A stretch of DNA of 64,000 nucleotides from Candidatus Heimdallarchaeota archaeon. Its GTDB lineage: Archaea; Asgardarchaeota; Heimdallarchaeia; Heimdallarchaeales; Heimdallarchaeaceae. Under the pieces are notes generated by a model. The model had not been told where the DNA came from. It worked only from the letters and a program-made list of their open reading frames with translations, and did not search any database. The stretch covers positions 224,001-288,000 of the forward strand of contig JAUVXV010000003.1 in assembly GCA_030603365.1 (NCBI GenBank). Direction: 5' to 3'. Below, in pieces: positions 59,531-64,000 of the stretch (its first letter is position 1; each line of letters opens with the position of its first letter). The translations under genes were made by a program, and so were the position numbers.

Positions 59531-59935
59531 CTATTTCAGTAGGAAGAAATGGCTTGGACAAGATTTACAATCACTATTCCCTACTCCTCTTATCTGTTGA
59601 AATTCATCCATTGATGCAAACTTTGAAGCAATTTGGCATTCATTTTTGTTTTCTCTTGAGATCCCTATTCCTTCTATCTCTGAGAATTTTGATATTGTAA
59701 TTTGATCAATATGCCAATGGTTTTTCTTTGTTTTTCTCATATGTCTGTGTAACCGTGATGATAATCCACCAGCACCGAACGCGCTACCTACATAAAAATA
59801 ATAACCTGGTTTAAGTTTGATTTCTTTTCTTCTAATTTCAAGCACTATTTCTGATGTAATTCGAATAAATAAAATATATGTTCCCTTTAATCCTACAGTA
59901 AAATTGATAATTGGACCTGGAAGAATATGAATCAC
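59531..59935 (-). CDS. DUF123 / GIY-YIG (Uri) superfamily nuclease
   Basis: KGTYIL, GYYFYVGSAFG.GGL..R..RH, HWHID, GNSDCKSCPSH; GTGA overlap with upstream TPR gene. Confidence 0.88.
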   Translation of the reverse strand: MIHILPGPIINFTVGLKGTYILFIRITSEIVLEIRRKEIKLKPGYYFYVGSAFGAGGLSSRLHRHMRKTKKNHWHIDQITISKFSEIEGIGISRENKNECQIASKFASMDEFQQIRGVGNSDCKSCPSHFFLLK

Positions 59936-60987
59936 TCTTCTAATTCTGTTGCTTTTTCCCAAAACTCTAGTGCTTTCTCCTCTTCTCCATTATCTTCGTA
60001 GATATCTCCAAGCATTTGAAATATTCTATTTTCATTCTCATTATATCTAAGTGAATCGTTTAGATAAGCAATCGCTTTATCATAATTCTTTGATGCCCAA
60101 GATAAAGAGGCTAAAGCTAATGTTGCTTCTAAGAATGCAGGATCTCGACTTAAACATTCTTCATAATATCGTGTTGCTTCTTCTATGTTTGCAAGAGCAG
60201 CATAAATCTTGGCTAGGTTAAAGAAACCTAGAACGTTATCAGGATCCAATTCTATAACTTTCGAGAAAGATTCTACTGCTTGTATGAAATCTTGGGTTGC
60301 TTCTAACGATTTACCTAGTTGGAACCAAGCTGGAATGCTATCAGGATTTACTTCAGTTGCTTTTTTGTAATAATCTTTTGCTCTTTCATGATTATCAAGA
60401 TCAAAGTATGTTTCTCCAATTTGTATCAGTATCTTTTCATTATCAGAATCTAATTTCTCTGCTTTCATTAAATTATTCCAGCTCTCAATTTCGTTTCCCA
60501 TCTTTTTGAATATCGATGCCAAGAAGCTGTAAAGTTCTATGTCTTCTTCATATTCTAGAAAATTGTTGAAAGCTTGAACTGCTTCATGGTACTCCCCAAT
60601 TTCATAATACAAATTTCCGATTTTCTTCCAAACATGATATCTTTTTTCATCTAATTCAGAAACTTTCTTCCATGATAGTATGGCTTGATCCCAATCTTTA
60701 AGCTTAGCAAACACATCTCCCGATAAATCTAAAGTTGTGAGATTTTCTTGTTCTATCTCTAAAGATCTATTAAGGTAATTGAGTGCGGATTGAGTATCTC
60801 CTACGTATAAGTGTAACCGTACTAAGAAATTCAGAAACATCTCTTCATTCTCAAAATAGCTTAAGTTTTTTTCCAACAACTCAATTGCTTTATGATAATT
60901 ATGCTGATTAATTAGCTCTTCAGCTTCCGATAGGATCTTTATCATGTCATTATTATCGTGCATTAATTTTCTTACTTCAAATATCAC
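59932..60987 (-). CDS. TPR-repeat protein
   Basis: Many canonical TPRs (IGETY...AKDYYKKATEVNP, AWFQLG...FSKVIELDP). Confidence 0.9.
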   Translation of the reverse strand: MIFEVRKLMHDNNDMIKILSEAEELINQHNYHKAIELLEKNLSYFENEEMFLNFLVRLHLYVGDTQSALNYLNRSLEIEQENLTTLDLSGDVFAKLKDWDQAILSWKKVSELDEKRYHVWKKIGNLYYEIGEYHEAVQAFNNFLEYEEDIELYSFLASIFKKMGNEIESWNNLMKAEKLDSDNEKILIQIGETYFDLDNHERAKDYYKKATEVNPDSIPAWFQLGKSLEATQDFIQAVESFSKVIELDPDNVLGFFNLAKIYAALANIEEATRYYEECLSRDPAFLEATLALASLSWASKNYDKAIAYLNDSLRYNENENRIFQMLGDIYEDNGEEEKALEFWEKATELEE

Positions 60988-61065
60988 TTAAGAATATTAT
61001 GTAATGGAAAGGTTGTTTGAAAATTAAAGAAAGTTTTAAGTTCAGTATATGGATACATAATATAG

Positions 61066-61962
61066 ATGTTTCAGGTAATAGCTAGGAGAGATGATGAAGT
61101 CGGATATCGTATCACCTTAGCTGATATGCCAGAAGAGCTGAAAGAAGATTCAATAGTTTTCATGCCTGAATTATCTACCAAAGAACAGGAGCATATAGCT
61201 TATGTCTCCAAATATACACACAAGTCAGGGAACATCATAGTTAAACTAGTTAGAAGTGATGGTTTTGATCCGTTCGGTAGACCAAAATCACTTTCTCACA
61301 GTCTGATAATCCCTTCAGAGGAATATAACTCAAACTCTTTATTATATTACTCATCTCCTATTATTCTATCAGAACTCTTTGATGATGTAAATAATGAGCC
61401 CTCAATTCTAAGAGCATCTAATTTTAAACAATCAAAGAATGAGATTTTAGAGAAGGTTGATGCTGCAAAACTAAGGGAAATTATAGTATCCGCAATGATA
61501 AATAGGAAGGTTGTACTTAATCCATCTTTGGATCAAAAAGGGTTGTTTGAGCTTTCAAGTGTGATAGATAAGACTATTCCATTTGAAGCTTCATATGATT
61601 TTTCGCTCATAACTTATTCGGATGCAAGCTGTAACAAGCATCTAGTACATAATGTTCTCTATTTCTTTTCTAAAGGTTACACTAACAAAGATTCTATTGC
61701 GATTAAAGGGCTAAGCTCAAAAGCAAGAAAAATAGCCAAAACGGAAGAAAAATATCTTAACGATTATATTGAAATGATATTAAGTAATGATTATGAACAA
61801 TTACTTGAAGAGCATGCAAAGTGGGTAATAGGCATGTACTATAATGATCATAAAGATTTGCAAAAATTATTTACTAAAAGGTATCAATTAAACATGCCTT
61901 TCTCAAGAAGGAATAAGTTTCATGCTAAGTTGGTTAGCTCTTTATCAAAATTTGATTTTTAG
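61066..61962 (+). CDS. Hypothetical protein, GAP1-N2/DENN-like
   Basis: GFDPFGRPKSLSHSLII and FSLITYS motifs. Confidence 0.5.
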   Translation: MFQVIARRDDEVGYRITLADMPEELKEDSIVFMPELSTKEQEHIAYVSKYTHKSGNIIVKLVRSDGFDPFGRPKSLSHSLIIPSEEYNSNSLLYYSSPIILSELFDDVNNEPSILRASNFKQSKNEILEKVDAAKLREIIVSAMINRKVVLNPSLDQKGLFELSSVIDKTIPFEASYDFSLITYSDASCNKHLVHNVLYFFSKGYTNKDSIAIKGLSSKARKIAKTEEKYLNDYIEMILSNDYEQLLEEHAKWVIGMYYNDHKDLQKLFTKRYQLNMPFSRRNKFHAKLVSSLSKFDF

Positions 61963-62050
61963 TTGATTTTTATTAGAAAAACAAAAAGAAGGTGTCCTGA
62001 AGAACAGATAAACTATGTTGAATTGAAGAATCTATTTTCATCTAGAAGAG

Positions 62051-62461
62051 CTAATAGTTTGAATACTTCACTACTACTTCATTATATAGAACCTGACATT
62101 TTTCTTCTGTTAGATTATTAATGGCTGTTTCCATTCTATCAGCAATTCTACGGATTAATTCAGTTAGTTTACTTTTCATTTCTTCTGTTGATAAGCCAGA
62201 ATAGATGTACTTGAAACCTCCTCTATCTAGATTTATTTTCGTTTTCTTTACAAAACCAATACCCATTAATCTTTGAATAGAACGAGAAATAGTTGCACGG
62301 TCTTTTGGAATTATCTCAGCTATCGTCTTAATGTCTGTGGGTTGAGAGTGTTTGATACACATCATAATTTCAAGCTCATTCTCTGAAAGACCATAAGTTG
62401 CTTTGATTATATCGAAACATGTTACTTCTTCGTTATCGAAAGATGCGAGAGGGAAGGACAT
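62051..62461 (-). CDS. Winged-HTH transcriptional regulator (TrmB-like)
   Basis: YGLSENE, DRATISRSIQRL..G.V, RGGFKYIY; GGTGA RBS before ATG 62461. Confidence 0.85.
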   Translation of the reverse strand: MSFPLASFDNEEVTCFDIIKATYGLSENELEIMMCIKHSQPTDIKTIAEIIPKDRATISRSIQRLMGIGFVKKTKINLDRGGFKYIYSGLSTEEMKSKLTELIRRIADRMETAINNLTEEKCQVLYNEVVVKYSNY

Positions 62462-62471
62462 TTGAATCACC

Positions 62472-62849
62472 TTAGAAAGTAAATACAAGATCTGCATCAA
62501 GTGCTTCAGTAACAGCATACATTCCACCAACGATGTCATCGACTTCATCAATGAAATCATCTTTGGTTAATCCATATCGCTCAAGAGTTGGGCTGCATAC
62601 ATATACTTTAACACCAAATTCCTTTATTTCACGAATCATTTCTATATATGGTTGTTTTCCTACACCCGCAATAATTCTCTCAGCATTACCTTTCTTAAGT
62701 AACAAACCACCTGACATAGTGTAAACCATCTGAACTTCAGTGTCAAGTGTTGAAGATAGTGTTGCTAGATGGATTGGAGGTTCATATCTATCAGGATAAT
62801 CTTCTCCGAATGTTACCATAATTAGGACTTTTTGTGTCATGAAAACCAC
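62472..62849 (-). CDS. DsrE-family sulfur-relay protein
   Basis: YTMSGGLLLKKG, GVKVYVCSPTL, VGG...DADLVFTF. Confidence 0.85.
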   Translation of the reverse strand: MVFMTQKVLIMVTFGEDYPDRYEPPIHLATLSSTLDTEVQMVYTMSGGLLLKKGNAERIIAGVGKQPYIEMIREIKEFGVKVYVCSPTLERYGLTKDDFIDEVDDIVGGMYAVTEALDADLVFTF

Positions 62850-63323
62850 CTAAATATAAAGGGTAACATCAGCTTCAGATGCAAATTCAAGGAAAGTAGC
62901 TGCTCCTCCAACTATACATTCATCAATCAGATCTTTTCGTTTGAAATTCATTACATCCATAGTCATCTGACATGCGATTAACTGTACACCAGCTTCTACT
63001 GACAAATCCATTAACTCTTGTAATTTGGCAACATTAGCACCTTTCATCCAGCTTTTCATCATCATTGTAGCCATTCCTGTCATACCTGGTAACATCCCAA
63101 CTATCTGAGGGATTGGCATTGGCATTGCAGTTTCTCCAGCAGGAGTTACTTTTAGCTTGTTCAATTTATTCTTCTTAAGCATATTTAAACCAAAAAATGT
63201 GAAGAATATTCCTACTTCATAATCCATAGCTGCTGCAGTACTTGCTAGTATTAATGGTGGGTAAGCACCAGGAATGTCTGCTTTAGAAGCTATAATTGCT
63301 AGTCTTTTCTTTTTTTCTGTCAT
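62850..63323 (-). CDS. DsrE2-like (DsrE/F/DrsH) protein
   Basis: YPPLILASTAAAM, FFTFFGL, ACQMTMDVM, GAATFL. Confidence 0.9.
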   Translation of the reverse strand: MTEKKKRLAIIASKADIPGAYPPLILASTAAAMDYEVGIFFTFFGLNMLKKNKLNKLKVTPAGETAMPMPIPQIVGMLPGMTGMATMMMKSWMKGANVAKLQELMDLSVEAGVQLIACQMTMDVMNFKRKDLIDECIVGGAATFLEFASEADVTLYI

Positions 63324-63334
63324 TTCAATTCCTC

Positions 63335-63574
63335 TTATTTTGTTTTCTTGATAACGAATTTATACACTCCGCCATCTTCAGACTGTTCAACAAGTTCATG
63401 TCCTGTACTTCTGGACCAAGCATCAAAATCAGTTACTGATCCAGGATCAGTTGCTATAACTTCAAGATATTCTCCGATTGCTATAGAATCTATAGCTTTC
63501 TTGGTCTTCAAAATTGGAAGTGGACAGCTCAAGTTTTTTGCGTCTAGTGTTTTGTTTATTTTTATATCTGACAT
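63335..63574 (-). CDS. tusA: Sulfur carrier TusA
   Basis: LDAKNLSCPLP (CPxP), ATDPGS..D..AW. Confidence 0.93.
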   Translation of the reverse strand: MSDIKINKTLDAKNLSCPLPILKTKKAIDSIAIGEYLEVIATDPGSVTDFDAWSRSTGHELVEQSEDGGVYKFVIKKTK

Positions 63575-63584
63575 TTTTTTCACC

Positions 63585-63998
63585 TTATAGATAACCCCTT
63601 AAAAGAGCTTTAAAGTAAGCAATTTTGAATGCTTTTTTGAATAGTCCATAAATGAACAAATTGTGCAAGCCAAATTTCTTTGGTGGAAAATTGTAGCTAA
63701 AGTATAATAGCATTGATCGTCTAGGAGATGTCACAACGAAACAGATTGTAAAACCATTGTACTTTTTGCTTGGTTCTTTTCCTTCTAATTCTAGCAGTAT
63801 ATTTTTGGCAAGTGTTGGAGCTGAGAAGTGAGAGACTGCACCTGATTTTGATACAGGCAAATTAGTACAATCTCCAATTGAATAGATATTTTCATGACCA
63901 TTAACCTTAAGTGTGAATCTATCGGTAGGAACAAAACCTTCTCTATCTCCTAAACCAGATTCTTTTATTACAGCCTGACCTTCGTGAGGAGGAATAAG
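63585..63998 (-). CDS. sqr: Sulfide:quinone oxidoreductase-like flavoprotein, C-terminal part (runs off window edge)
   Basis: Manual extension LIPPHEG...GFVPTDRFTL...NIYSIGDCTNLPVSKSG...YNGFTICF. Confidence 0.8.
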   Translation of the reverse strand, partial: LIPPHEGQAVIKESGLGDREGFVPTDRFTLKVNGHENIYSIGDCTNLPVSKSGAVSHFSAPTLAKNILLELEGKEPSKKYNGFTICFVVTSPRRSMLLYFSYNFPPKKFGLHNLFIYGLFKKAFKIAYFKALLRGYL

Positions 63999-64000
63999 TA

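Noticed and set aside
59531-59935. GIY-YIG gene as a homing endonuclease or mobile element
   Set aside because: It matches the short stand-alone archaeal DUF123 type, with no intron, host-gene interruption or terminal repeats.
1503-63590. Numerous 60-135 aa ORFs antisense to or nested in long genes (e.g. 3797-4192, 5788-6195, 31265-31591, 37186-37548, 44358-44735, 53447-53806)
   Set aside because: These are shadow frames of well-supported genes, with Ser/Phe/Ile-rich antisense composition and no motifs.
1-64000. CRISPR arrays, IS elements, tRNA or rRNA genes
   Set aside because: I saw no regularly spaced direct repeats, transposase/integrase ORFs or tRNA/rRNA signatures. Nearly all sequence is accounted for by CDSs.

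Overview
A 64 kb, AT-rich (about one-third GC by eye), gene-dense archaeal chromosomal segment, most likely from an Asgard archaeon (Heimdallarchaeia-like). The evidence is a profilin, a Rab-like small GTPase, longin/DENN-like and PCI-domain proteins, many TPR proteins, an ATP-dependent DNA ligase, GGTGA-type ribosome-binding sites and TATA boxes. Housekeeping content includes hom, aor, tldD/pmbA, ridA, agmatinase, lig, a complete but rearranged A/V-type ATP synthase cluster, an acyl-CoA ligase, an OSBS/NSAR + GNAT pair, two radical SAM enzymes and a sqr-tusA-dsrE sulfur-relay cluster. I saw no CRISPR array, tRNA, rRNA or transposase. The top candidate for an undescribed system is a ~220 nt, 48% GC non-coding element at 851-1070 (minus strand). 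It has its own TATA box and folds by hand into an RNase P-like pseudoknot (P1/P2/P4 topology with a bulged U), but its catalytic-core sequence is rewritten. Other leads are: a CdvA-like triple-PRC-barrel protein divergent from profilin; a CofD-pseudoenzyme/PCI/C2H2 fusion; a longin/DENN + pseudo-GTPase fusion; an IFT52-like protein; and an inverted atpC inside the ATPase operon. All calls were made by eye from motifs, and no searches were run.
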